The notes under the pieces were generated by a model. That model was not told the DNA's origin and did not search any database. It worked only from the letters and a program-made list of their open reading frames with translations. 64,000 bases of DNA. Source: the human T2T-CHM13v2.0 reference genome, Homo sapiens. The number at the start of each line of letters is the position of its first letter. The first letter of the stretch is position 1. The stretch lies in the NCBI RefSeq assembly GCF_009914755.1, contig NC_060926.1, one strand, 5' to 3'. Below are positions 11,450 to 24,450 of the stretch, one piece after another. The translations under genes and the position numbers were made by a program.

Positions 11450-13077
11450 ATGGGATTAAAAACAACATTTTGAATCTTCAGGGAAAGGGGTTAATTTACC
11501 TTTCTCAAGAAGAGCTTCATTGCTGGAAGATTTGGAAACAAAGGATCCGGGATTTAAGTGTGAGTCAGGATTATATCATGAACCTTCAAGAACAGTGTTC
11601 CCCACATTTAGAAGATGTATCCCTCTGTGAAGAGTGGGCAGGCATGTCTCTTCAGATTTCTGAAAATGAAAACTATGTAGTAAATGCCATTATCAAAAAT
11701 CAAGATATCACAGCATGGCAAAGCCTGACACAGGTTCTTACTCCAGAATCTTGGAGGAAAGCCAACATAATGACCGAGCCCCAGAAATCTCAGGGAAGAT
11801 ATAAGGGAATTTACGTGGAAGAGAAATTGTACAGACATGCTCGGCATGATGAGAGCCTCAATTGGACCTCACGTGATCATCATGAGTCCCAAGAATGTAA
11901 AGGAGAGGACCCTGGTAGACACCCCAACTGTGGGAAAAACTTGGGTATGAAATCAACAGTTGAACAACATCATGCGGTCCATGTTTTACCACAGCCTTTC
12001 ACATGTAATAACTGTGGGGTGGCCTTTGCAGATGATACAGATCCTCGTGTCCATCACAGCACTCATCTAGGAGAAAAATCTTATAAATGTGACCAGTATG
12101 GAAAGAACTTAAGTCAGAGCCAATATCTTATTGTTCATTGTAAAACCCACTCAGGAGAGACTCCCTATGAATTCCATGAATGGCCTACAGGCTGCAAACA
12201 GAGCTCAGACCTTCCCAGATGTCAGAAAGTCCCCTCAGGAGACAATCCCTACAAATGTAAAGAATGTGGCAAGGGCTTCAGGTGCAACTCCTCCCTTCAC
12301 AACCATCATCGAGTCCACACAGGGGAGATGCCCTACAAATGCCACGTATGTGGGAAAGCGTTTGGATTTAGGTCACTTCCTTGTATTCATCAGGGAGTAC
12401 ACACAGGGAAAAAGCCCTACAAATGTGAAGATTGTGGGAAGGGCTTTGAACAGAGCTCCAACCTTCTTATCCATCAGAGAGTCCACACTGGAGAGAAGCC
12501 CTACAAATCCAGTGAGTGTGGCAAGTGCTTTAGTTCAAGCTCCGTTCTTCAAGTCCACTGGAGGTTTCACACAGGGGAGAAACCTTATAGGTGTGGTGAG
12601 TGTGGAAAGGGCTTCAGCCAAAGTACACACCTTCACATTCACCAGAGAGTCCACACAGGGGAGAAACAATACAATGCAATGTGTGTGGAAAGGATTTTGG
12701 GTATAGTTCTGTTCTTCACACTCATCAGAGAGTTCACACTGCAGAAAAACCATATAAATGCGAAGTGTGTGGAAAGTGCTTTAGTTACAGTTCATATTTT
12801 CACTTCCATCAAAGCAATCACACAAGAGAGAAACCATATAAATGTGATGAGTGTGGTAAAGGCTTCAGTTGGAATTCAGATCTTCAATGTTCATCTCAGA
12901 GTCCACAGAGGACAGAGGCCCTGTAAGTGTAAGGCATGTGGTAAGGGCTTCAGTCGTAATTCGCACCTCCTTGCCCAACAGAGAGTGCGTATAGATAAGA
13001 CACAGTACACACATTGTGAGCATGGCAAAGACCTTCTGACTCATCAAAGACTACATGAGCAGAGAGAAACATTATAA
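11450..13077 (+). CDS. ZNF806: Spacer plus C2H2 zinc-finger exon (4 canonical fingers, several degenerate ones, ~70-aa frameshifted segment)
   Basis: ORF 11350..13077 contains repeated C-x2-C-x12-H-x3-H units with TGEKPY-type linkers. The exon start is inferred from the in-frame GAG acceptor at 11447-11449. Confidence 0.85.
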
Positions 13078-13596
13078 ATGTAGTAAGTCAGGGTTAAATT
13101 AGGAAAACAGAAGCCACACTGTATTCCAGATAATAGAGGCTTACTCAGCCTGTGGGAGGGCTGGGGGAGCAAAAGACAGGGACACTGCCATCGATAATGT
13201 CAGCCTGCAGCACTGGAGTGTGCCAGGCAAGGGTTGCGGATTTCAAGAACTTCTGTGAAGCTCCCATCAACTGCTGTATGCTACAATGGCAAAGTAGGTT
13301 ACTCTTGACAAATGGGTGGTTTGTGGTAGTGTTTGTAGTTAGAGGTCAAATTTCCATTAAAGGGTGTGTCCAGGAAGGAAATTCTAATTGGGATGATTAT
13401 GGTAAGGTCTTCAGTTTAGCCAAAGTCCTTAGATTTTTTTAGTCCCCAACAGAAAAATACTCTCTGTATGAAGAACATTCAAAAGTGTGCTCAGAAATGA
13501 AACTGATGCTCTTACTATGAAAGAACATTAGTACTCAAGTTTTCCATGAGATTCTCTGCACAGGCGAGAAGCTCTACAGAAGTGGCATTTGAAGGG

Positions 13597-13960
13597 TGTG
13601 GCAGAGGCAGTGCTGTGTTTATCACACTGGTTCCATTTCCTTGCAAATAAGAAGACTCTATTTCCCAGTAACACTTGCAGTTAAGAGTGTGCCCATGTTT
13701 GAGCTCTAGCCAATGGAATATGAGCAAAAGTGATATAAGCCACTTTCAGGTCTAGCCTTTATAAACATCCTCAGGCTTCTCTATTCCTGCCAAGGTGACC
13801 TTGGAGGCTGCTTATTCCAGACTGCATTGATAGAAGGTCGCTATCTGATCTGTGTTGGATTTCTTTTTAGAGTAAGAAATAAAAATTCACTGTGTCTCAC
13901 CACTGAGATTTTTGGTGGTTTATTTGTTACTGCAGCATTGCCTAGGCCATCCTGACTAGC
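13597..13960 (+). mobile_element. MLT1 (MaLR) LTR in the presumptive 3' UTR; contains AATAAA at 13878-13883
   Basis: tctagccaatggaatatgagcaaaagtgat...agaaataaaaatt...ccactgagattt...ttgttactgcagca...cctgacta. Confidence 0.7.
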
Positions 13961-14483
13961 ATGGAGGGATTTTATAGCAATATGTTTCATTGTCATTGGA
14001 GTCCACATACAGAAGCAACATTGTAATTCAGAGTTCAAACCTTTTAAGTCTTTAAGGCTTGATGTGGCAGTGCAACCATCTAAAATGGTATGGATGGGAC
14101 TTCTCCAGTGATAACCTTCATTCATTTGTGTGTACACCAAAGAGAAATGTTCAAGATGATATAGCTGTGGTAAAACTTTACTGAAAAGTACAACCCACAG
14201 ACGTAAGAAATCTCATACAATAGAGAAACTCTGTAGTGTGGGAGCTGAATAAGTTTGTCAGCTCACACCTTAAATGTGATTAAAAATTAACTAGAATAGG
14301 TGTTCTGTGGTTAGTCTTAATAAAATTAATTGAATAAAACTAACATTTACGAAAGTGAGCAACAACATGTAAAAAACCAACAGTGTTAATTGCAGACTGA
14401 TGCAGTCTTCTTCTCAGCAGCTTCCTCCCAAAATTGTCATTTAATTGGGGATAATAGATGAATTCGAGAGGAGATCTCATTGC

Positions 14484-14797
14484 TTTTTTTTTTTTCTTTT
14501 GGAAACAGGGTCTTGCTCTGTCACCCAGGTGGCTGGAGTACAGTGGCCTGATCATGGCTCGCTGCTGAAGCCTTGAACTGCTGGGCTCAAGTGATCCTCC
14601 TGCCTCAGCCTCCTGAGTAGTTGGGACTACAGGCATATACCACCACTTTCAGCTAATGTTTTCTTTTAAAAATTTACTTGTAGAGATGGGGTCTTGCTTT
14701 GTTGCCCAGGTTAGTCTTATTCTGGTTTCAAGCAATCCTCCTACCTCAGCTTCCCAAAGTGCAGGGATTACAAGTGTGGGCCACTGCACTCAGCCCA
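14484..14797 (-). mobile_element. AluJ
   Basis: Antisense Alu dimer with poly(T). Confidence 0.88.
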
Positions 14798-16674
14798 CAA
14801 TGTCTTTTATTTTTTCTTCAAAAACAATGTCCTTTTCTGTTTTAATTGACTTATAAGTTTCTTCATTTGGATCATGGTTTATTCCTAGTTTTTCTTGCAT
14901 TATATTTTCCTGCCAGTTATAGTTTGTAAACAGAACAGCCATTCAAGTGCAAATAAAACCATCCCTGAAGTGTCATTTTCTTACTGAGCAGGTGGATAAG
15001 AGTGAAATATTTTAAAAATTCTGTGTCAGTAGAAATGAGGAAATGAGTGTTCTTACATAAGTTGGTGGGGAAAAAAAACAGGTACAAAGTTGCTGGAGAG
15101 GATCTTGTCTATATGTATCAGATGTACAATGTGCATTGTCTTTGAGCCAATGATCCTGCTTCTCAGAATGTATTTTTAGGATGTAATTACATGAGTGGAA
15201 AAAAATGGTTTCAGAAAGAAATATGTTCTAAGAATTTTGCAATGAGAAGATCGTAAATGACCTGAAGCTTCATGTATAAGAGATTAAGTAAATTAGGGCA
15301 TCCCATATAATGGAATAACATGGCTCCATCAACAATGATCTAGACCTATAAAAATGTCCACATATTATTGTCCATGTCCACCACATACTCCAGTCCTCCT
15401 ACTTGCAAACAGTAGGTTAGAGAAAAAATCTGGGATACACATTATCCCAGGAAGCTTTTGGGGTTTAGAATGGGTGCAACATTCCCTCATGACAGAATCG
15501 GCCCTCAGCCTTAGTGGAGGTGTCCCAGGCAATCCTCCAGTATGGCCAGGAGCAGCCCTTGCATATCACATTAAGCTTTTTAAATATATGATGCTAACAG
15601 GATTGTCTCCCTACTTCATAAAATTGTTTGCTTTTCCTCTTGTAACAAAGTAGCATGGAAAAAGCAGAAATTAGTCTAGCTCCCAATCAGTGGGAGCCAA
15701 CTCATTTACAAATATAGATGCAGAGATCCTAAATAAATATGAGCATGTCAAATCCAATGATTTGATAAAAGCGTAACAGACTCTGCTCATATATAATTTA
15801 TCCTAAATATGCTTATCAGCTTCTGCCTCATAACACACACAAGAACTGAGTAGCTCTAAATACAAATTTATTTAGCTCATGATGTGTGAGCTGGCAAGTT
15901 CAGTTGGGCTTAGCTGGGCAGTTCTGGTGTGGGACATGCTAGATTATCTTAACTGGGCTTTGTACATGCATCTGCATTCAGCTGATGGCTCATCTGGGCC
16001 TGGCTGTTTTATGATGGTCATAGATGAGACAACGAAGTTCTCTCTGTCACCATGGTCTCTCATCGTCCAGAAGACCAATCTAGGGTTGGTCCCATAGTGC
16101 CAGGGTTTCAAGAGCAAAAGCTGTGATCTCTTAAGGCCTTGTCAGAGAACAGGCTCAATGATACTTCCACCACATTCTAATGATTAAAGCAAGTCACAAC
16201 ACTGGCCCAGATTCATGCGGTGGGATTAAGACAAGATAAAAAATTTTGAGATGTAATCATTGGAAGGAAAAAGAAGGTACTATTTTTATGTTAGAGAATA
16301 ATGTTATTTACTTATAAAATTCAAATCCGCCTGTAAAATTTGACCAATTGAAGTCTGTTTTAAAATTATCACGTCAAAAAATTGGTTTCATACAAAATTG
16401 GCACATGAAAACTCATAGCATTACTATGTACGAGTCTTTTATAAAATGTAGCCAAAGTGTTTCATTCACAATAACAATTGTGTGCAAAGACCAGAATTGT
16501 CCAAAGGTAATTCTGGGAGTTCCCTTTGGGATGCCTAGGTGGGGAGCTATCTGGAGCCTCAGACTCCCACATTCTTCAGTGGGAAAAGCTTTACATGAGC
16601 TCAACTTCCCAGCGGCTTTCTCTTTCTGATGGGAGGTGTTAGAACCTGGCTTTCTCATGCAACTTCTGTGAAGC

Positions 16675-16768
16675 TCTGACAACTAAAGCCAGATTGTCTG
16701 CTTTAGTCAATCTGTTAGATCAATTAGTCATTTGATCTGACAACTAAAGCCAGATTGTCTGCTTTAGT
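16675..16768. repeat. Two exact 33-bp direct repeats (period 61), each internally palindromic
   Basis: tctgacaactaaagccagattgtctgctttagt at 16675 and 16736. Confidence 0.9.
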
Positions 16769-16986
16769 TAAGTAGTCCAGATTACCTGCATAGTCAATTT
16801 GTTCCCTCACCAACATGGATGCCTTCACAATTGCTCTTTAAGAAGGATAAAAAGATAGGGGTGAGGTGTGGTCTATCTCCTGCTTCACCCAGGCCCTGGT
16901 GCTTCTTCAAGTAGCGTGAGAAATTGTGGTCCTGTGCGTTCTCTTCCAGACCCTTAGCTTATATGTTTTCCCTATAAAACTTAGTC

Positions 16987-17270
16987 CTAATCCCAGCACT
17001 TTGGGAGGCCGAGGAGGGTGAATCATGAGATCAGGAGTTTGAGAACAGCCTGGCCAACATAGTGAAACTCCGTCTCTACTAAAAATACAAAAAATTAGCT
17101 GGGCATAGTGGCAGGCACCTGTAATCCCAGCTACTCAGGAGGCTGAGGCTTGAGCCCAGGAGGTGGAGGTTGCAATGAGCCGAGATCGCACCACAGCACT
17201 CCAGCCCAGGCGGCAGTGAGAGACTCTGTCTCAAAAAAAAAAAAAAAAAAAAAAAAAAAGAAAAAAAAGA
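16987..17270 (+). mobile_element. AluS, 5' truncated
   Basis: taatcccagcactttgggaggccg... with a long poly(A) tail. Confidence 0.9.
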
Positions 17271-18374
17271 AGTCCCTTATGTGTGATGATAAAATTTGAT
17301 GAAGAGCAACATTGGTGGACTTACACTACCAGAGATCAACATTTATTATAAATGTTCTATAATTAATACAGTGTAGTATTAGCTCAGGAGAGAAAAAATA
17401 GATCAATGGAAAAGAATAGGGAGTCTAAAAACAGATCCACATGTATACAGTGAGTCAGTTTATCAGCCTTGAAATATGTTGGAGAAATAATAGTCATTTT
17501 AATAACTGATGCTGGGTTCACTGGCTACTTAACACTAGTTCTTCATACAATTGCAGGCAATAAATACAAATAGCATGCAGCCGGCAGACTGGGATCAGTG
17601 GCTATGCCTCCACTAGACTGCCCATAGAAGCACATAGTAACAGCTACCAAAGATGTCTGATCTGTCTTGTCTTTTTTTTAACTCATTTTGTTCAGGTATC
17701 ATTTACATAAAGTGCAGACTTTAACTACATTTGTTTTAACAAATGTACATATCCTTGTAAATAATGCCCATTCAACATGTTAAACATTTTATTTACCCCC
17801 AAAATTTCCCTTGTGCCCTTTCCCTTCATTTCTTTCCAAAAAAGGATATAATCACTGTTTTGGTTTCTATCACCATATGTTGGTTTTGCCTATTCTTGAA
17901 CTTTATATAAATGAAATCATACTGTAAGATACTCTTGTATTTGGCTTTTTTTCATTCAACATGGTTTTCTAAATTAGTAATTTATAATAAAGAGTACTGC
18001 ATATTTTATTATTGTTTATAAATTGTGTTCTAAAAACATTCTATGTTAGTAAAATTTATAGTAAACTTCTATAATGTACATACTTTTCTTTCTGGAGAGC
18101 CATTTATTAAACATTTATTAGCATACCACTCACAGAGGAGATGTAACCCCAGAATTGGCCTTTTTCTTCTGAAGTCAACTGGCTTTGAATTAGAATGTAA
18201 CATTAGTTATTATTCCTCATTCCCCACTCATTCTCTGTATCTACTTCCCTTATTTTTTTTCTTTTATTTTTCTGCAGACACTATGGTTACTTAAGTATCT
18301 ACTTCTCTTTTTCTGCATGTCTTTGAGTGGAGACACTGGTCATCTTTGTTTCCCACTGTCTTTTCAAAGGTGCA

Positions 18375-18760
18375 TGTTAGGGAACAAAAATATAGTGTCT
18401 CCCTCTGGAGCAGTAGATTTGTTTATGGCCCACTCTAGTGAAGACAGTGTCTCCCTCTAGGGTGAAGGGCAGTGGTTTTATTCCCACGGGCTATCATAAA
18501 AGATTCAGGTTTCCTAAGCTTAAGGTTCTATTCTTACAATGCAGCCTGCTAGGCCTGTGGCACCTGGCCTTTCATGTCACTCTATGGGATTAGAATGCCA
18601 AAAACCATTGCAAAGAATGACACTCTGGCTACTGCTGTGGTTGTGGCTAATAAAGTCCTTTGTCTCAGAGCCAGGAGTCTTTTGTCTTGTGCCAGCATCT
18701 GTGAGACTGTCAGGCTAACTTGTGAGCTCATAAATTGGTTACTTTCAGATCCTTGGTTTT
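18375..18760 (+). mobile_element. ERVL-type LTR fragment (MER76-like)
   Basis: taaaagattcaggtttcctaagct...aataaagtcctttgtctc...caggagtct...aggctaacttg; subfamily assigned from memory. Confidence 0.5.
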
Positions 18761-18834
18761 TGATGGAAATAAATGTCTCTTAATCTCATAGGCAAACTAG
18801 AGCTACCTGGAATGCTTTCAGCTTTTTACAATTT

Positions 18835-19700
18835 TTTACTGGTGAAATATACATAACATGAAATTTACCATCTCAACCATTTTTAAGTGTATAGCTTAGT
18901 AGTGTTAAGTACATTTATATTGTTGTAAAACCAATCTCCAAAACTCGTTTTATCTTGCAAAACTAAAACTCTATCCCATTCAACAGCAACCCTCAATTTT
19001 CCCCTGCTCCCAGCCACTGGCAACCACTATACTTTGTGTCTCTATGCATTTGACTTCTCTGGGTCACATAAATGGAATCATACAGTATTTGACTTTTTTT
19101 TTTTTTTTTTTTTTTTTTTGAGACGGAGTCTCCCTCTGTTGCCCAGGCTGGAGTGCAGTGGTTCCATTTATGCTCACTGCAAGTTCCGCCTCCAGGCTTC
19201 ACGCACGCCATCTTCCTGCCTCAGCCTCCTGAGTATCTGGGACTACAGGCACATTCCGCCACGCCCGGCTAATTTTTTCCATTTTTAGTAGAGACGGGGT
19301 TTCCCCATGTTAGCCAGGATGGTCTCGATCTCCTGACCTTGTGATCCGCCCACCTCGGCCCCCTAAAGTGCTGGGATTGCAGGCGTGAGCCACCACGCCC
19401 AGCCCAGTATTTGCCTTTTTGTGACTGGCTTATTAACTTTCCATAATGTCCTTAAAGTTTATTTGTGTTGTAGAATGTGTCAGAATTTTCTTCCTTTGTA
19501 CACTTGGGTTTCTTCCACTTTTCGGCTATTGTGAATAATGCTGTTACGAACATAGGAGTACAAATATCTCTTCAAGACCTTGCTTTCAATTCTTTTGGAC
19601 ACATACCCAGAAGTGGAATTGCTGGATCACATGGTAATTGTATTTTCAATTTTTTCAGGATCTGCCATTCTGTTTTCTATAGAAGCTGCCACCATTTAAC
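18835..19700 (-). mobile_element. Old L1M 3' end interrupted by an AluY-like element (19094-19404)
   Basis: aaatttaccatctcaaccatttttaagtgtata...; the Alu is flanked by repeated cagtatttg. Confidence 0.8.
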
Positions 19701-20401
19701 ATAATGTTTTTAAGTTCATTTATATTATTATGCTTGTCAGTCTTCTTTTTATGTTCAGAGTAATCAGGAAATTACCACAGTTTGCCCATTCTCACGTTGG
19801 TGAACATTTGTTTCCAGGTTTTGGAAATTTTGAATAAAGCTACTAAGAATATTCTTGTATTAGTGTTTTTGCAGACATATGCTTTGATTTCTCTTGGGTA
19901 AATACCTAGGAGTTGAATTGCTGTCATAAGCTAAGTGTATGTTATCTTTATGAAGAATTGGCTGTCCTTGTCTATTAACATGAAGAATGAGGTACTTTAT
20001 TGTTCACTTAAAATCTTTATGTGGTTGGGCTCTGTGGGGTGGCACATACCAGTAACATACCTGTAGTCTCAGCTACTGGGGAGGCAGAAGGATCACTTGA
20101 GGGCAGGAGTTTGAGGCTATTGGGTGCTACAGTTGTGCCTGTGAATAGCCACTGCACTCTAGCCTGGGCAACTTAGCTAAAAAAATTTATGTGGTTAAAA
20201 TTTCAATGTGTTTATGAAATTTTTGTATAACGATTTTTTAAAAGAAAACTTTCCCATACTCCCAGGAACTAATTATTTTCAAAACATGAAGAATATGTTT
20301 TAAGTGGTATCAGGCACAAATCTAATTTTAATTTTTTCTAATTGGATAGTCAAGGCTTTCAACATTTATTGATGAGTCCCTTTTTTATTTACTGATCTTA
20401 A

Positions 20402-20772
<371 letters not shown>

Positions 20773-20849
20773 TTTTTGTTTATTCTCAAACCACTATCTC
20801 ACATCTTTAAGAATGATACTTTTGGTACAAGGCAAGTAACAGTGAATAT

Positions 20850-21830
20850 GCTAAGTGTATGTTTAACTTTACTATTTCTAAAAATGACTATACCACTTCA
20901 TACTTCCATTAGCAGTCAATGCAAGATCACTTGTTCTACATGCTAACCAATACTTGGGATTTTTAGTCATTGGGATTATTTGTAGTGTTATCTCACTGTG
21001 GTTTAATTAGCATTTCCCTGATAAGTAATGATGTGGTTATCAGTCATTTTATCATGTGCTGATTGGTCATTTTATATCTTCTTTGGAAAAGAACTTTTGA
21101 AAGTTTTGCTTCCTTACTGTTGAGTTGTAAGATTTCTTAATATAGCCTAGATACAAATCCTTTCTCAGATAAATACATTATTAATATTTTTTCCTAGTCT
21201 TAGCTTGCCTCTTCATTTTGTTAATGTTTTTAAGAGAGTAAGTTAATTTGATGAAGTTCTGGTTTATCTTTTTAAATTAGATTTTGTGCTCTTTTTTGCC
21301 TATGAAATCTTTTTTTGCCTATCCCAAGGTTTTGAAAATGTTCTCCTATATTTTCTTGTATAACATTTGTAGTTTTAGCTTTTCATTTAGGTCTGTTACC
21401 TATTTTGAGTTCTTTTTGTGTATGACGTGAGGTAAGTGTTGAGGTTCATAATTTTCGAATAGGTGTCCAGTTGTTCTAGTGCTATTTTTTGAAACAACTT
21501 TCTCCCATTGAATTACCTTTGTGGCTGCACCGAAAATAAACTGATCATATATACTTGGCTGTATTTTCTGGAATCACTTCTGTTCCACTGATTTATATAA
21601 ATATTGTTAAGCTTTCACTATGTCTTGACTACAGGAGCTTTAGAATAAGTTTTGAAATCTGATACTGTTATTCCTCTAATGATGTTCTTCCTTTTCAAAA
21701 CAATTTTGACTATTCTAGTTTTTTTAGTTGGCTGTTTTTTGCATATCAATGTAAATCTTAATATTAGTTTCTGCAAAAAGCCTGCTCTAAATTTGATTGA
21801 TACTGTGTTGACTTTATAGATCAATTTGGA
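20850..21830 (-). mobile_element. Old L1M ORF2/3' fragment
   Basis: ORF 21618..21824 (...RGITVSDFKTYSKAPVVKT) resembles the L1 ORF2 motif GITLPDFKLYYKATVTKT. Confidence 0.75.
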
Positions 21831-21859
21831 ATTCCGGTTCTGGGTAAGATGGAGTAAGC

Positions 21860-23050
21860 CAGTGGCTGGGAAATTCTGGCCTAATGGTTAAATATGGTGT
21901 ATTGACTGTTTTTGTAGGCCCCCATGAAGTAATAATGGCTTTTACATTTTTTATTGAGACAGGGTCTCACTCCATCGCCCAGGCTGGAGTGCAGTGGCAT
22001 GATCTTGGCTCACTGCAGCATCAACCTCCTGGGATCAAAAAATCCTCTTACCTTAACTTCCTGAGTAGCTGGGACTATAAGCATGCACCACCATGTCCAG
22101 CTAATTTTTTGCATTTTTGTAGAGATGGGGTTTTACCATGTTGCTCAGGCTGGTCTCAAACTCCTGAGCTCAAGCATTCTGCCCTCCTTGGCCTGACAAA
22201 GTGCTGGGATTACAGGTGTGAGCTATCACACCCAGCCTACATTTTTAAATAGTCAAAAAAATCAAAAGAAGAATATTTTATGACATATGATAAGTATGTA
22301 AAATTCAAATTTCAGCATTCATAACTTTTGGTTGAAACACAGTTATGCTTATTTGTTTACATATTGTCTATGGCTGTTTTCCTGTTATATTGGTACAGTT
22401 GTGTACTTATGATAGAGACCATATATAATGCTCTCATCACTTCATACTTCTACTCAGTGTATCATAAATCACAGTAACACAGTTATTACAAGTTAACAGA
22501 TTTTTGAGTGTCATATGTATCACTCTACTATGATATTTTATTTATTATGCATATTCGTCATGTCAAAACAAGAAGAGAAAATCAAATTTTGAATGTCATG
22601 CTTTTAAGGTATAGTAAAGTGTGGATTATTTTGTTATAGAATCTGACGGCTGACTATTGTGTTTGTTATGCAGTGACAGCTGTACAAGAAGAAAAATTAT
22701 AACATTAATACTGCCAGATTAAAAACTTATCCCAATATTTCCAAATCACAGATAATTATGGCCAAAAATAAAAAATTTAAAATGGAATATCTTATCAAAG
22801 CAGAATTACTTTTATGAAATAACAAATGAAAATGAGGCTATAACCAAAGTAAGTTTTAGAGTGGCTAATCTGTTAGTCAAGCAAGAAAAGTTATTTACTG
22901 ATGATGAGTTGGTTGAATCATATTTTGCAGCAGCTGAAGAAATGTATCATATAAATTTGTCTAAGACTATAAGCCTTTTGACAAGGACAGTTTCTTAAAA
23001 AGTTGAGAACATTGGGAGCAGCACTGATAGTCACTTTAAAAACAAGATAA
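21860..23050 (+). mobile_element. hAT-Charlie DNA transposon (MER58/Cheshire-like) with a decayed transposase 5' part; interrupted by AluJ (21950-22238, minus)
   Basis: MER58B-like end (aaattcaaatttcag...tttacatattgtctatggctg). Positions 22849-22950 read VSFRVANLLVKQEKLFTDDELVES then (frameshift) AAEEM, like hAT transposases. Confidence 0.65.
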
Positions 23051-23399
23051 TAAAAAATTCCCAATTATTGTTGCCAGTGATAGTGAAAATTTATCAGCCA
23101 TAAGTGAACACAAAACAAACAAAACTGAAAGACAAAATTATAAGAAAATTAAAATGAGAAAAACAGAGGATCAACAAATTTCTATTGTCACTTTGTATTT
23201 ACCTCTGGGAGCCAAGAAACAATGCAACTGGGCTTAAGACCATCACTGAGGTGTACTTTTCTGGTGACAAACATTACCTGGATTTGTTACATGAATCTAT
23301 TTGGCATCTCTGTGGGACCCCCAAAACTGTTAAAAAAATAATTTTCAAAAAATAAAATCATAACTCTTACACAGGTATGAAAAGACCAGCTAGGGAATG

Positions 23400-24450
23400 A
23401 TAAACTATTTGCAAATCATGTATGTGTAAAAGTCTTGTATAGAGAACATATAAAAACTCTCAAAACTCAATAGGAAAACAATCCAATTTTTTAAGCTAAA
23501 AGATTTAAACAAGCACTTCACTGAAAAAGATATACGTATGACAAAGGGGCACATGCAAAGATAATCAACATCATTAGTCATTAGGGAAATATAAATCAAG
23601 ACCACAGTGAAATATAACTACACATCTATTAGAACAGCTAAAAAAAAAATAGCAACAATGTCAAACTCTGACAAGGATGTAAAGAGACTGGAAGTCTCAC
23701 AAATTTCTGTTGGGAATGTAAAGTAGTAGAGCCACTCCAGAAAACAGTTTGACAGTTCCTTAAAAAATTAAACATATCCTTACCATACAACCCCATAACT
23801 TCAATCCTGGACATGTACTCCAGAGAAATGAAAACTTACATACACGAACAAATGCACACAAACCTGTACATGAATGTTCATAGTAGCTTTATTCATAACG
23901 GCAAAAAACTGGAAACAACCAAAATGTTCCCTAATAGGTAAATGTTAAACAAATCGTGGTACATCCATACCGTGGAATACTACTCAGCAATAAAAAGGAA
24001 TGGACTATTGATACACACACAACTTAGAGGGATCTTAAGATAATTATGCTAAGTGAAAAATGTGAATCTATTTTATGGTTCTAGTTGTATAACATTCTTG
24101 AAATGACCAAATTATAGAGATGGAAAGCAGATTAGTTGTTTCTAGATATCAGGAATGGTGGAAGGGAGGGGACTGGGTGTGACTATCAAGATGTAGCAAG
24201 AAGGAGGGCTTTGCAGTGATGGAATAGTTATTTATCTTGATTGTGGTAGTAGCTATATCCGTCTACAAGTGATAACATACAACTACACATATTCATGGTA
24301 TCAATATAATTCCCTGGTTTTGATGTTGTATTTTAATTAAGGACAGTATAATCATTGGGTGAAACTGGGTGAAGGGTACGTGGGACCTCTTTCTACTATC
24401 TTTTCAATTTCATATGAATCTGTGATTATTTTAAAATAAAATGTTTAAAA
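23400..24450 (+). mobile_element. L1MC/MD-like 3' region
   Basis: tatttgcaaatcat...ccagagaaatgaaaactta...ggaatactactcagcaataaaaaggaa. Confidence 0.78.

Larger units (their letters stand above)
3608..13077 (+). pseudogene. ZNF806: KRAB-C2H2 zinc-finger gene copy, paralogue of ZNF285 (ZNF806/ZNF285CP); spliced ORF stays open (~589 aa) but the finger array is degraded
   Basis: Exons MIKFQ, KRAB-A and a large spacer+finger exon ending HEQRETL closely match ZNF285 as I recall it. Lesions: likely AG>GG at the last acceptor, Cys>Ser at 12508-12510, -1 frameshift at ~12673, +1 frameshift at ~12885, and both His lost in the last finger. The non-coding first exon is not evident in the window. Confidence 0.85.

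Noticed and set aside
12131-12753. Alternative-frame and antisense ORFs over the finger array
   Set aside because: These are common by-products of C2H2 repeat codon usage.
16675-16768. CRISPR-like repeat-spacer-repeat
   Set aside because: Only two copies, the spacer is itself built from neighbouring sequence, there are no cas genes, and the context is primate DNA.
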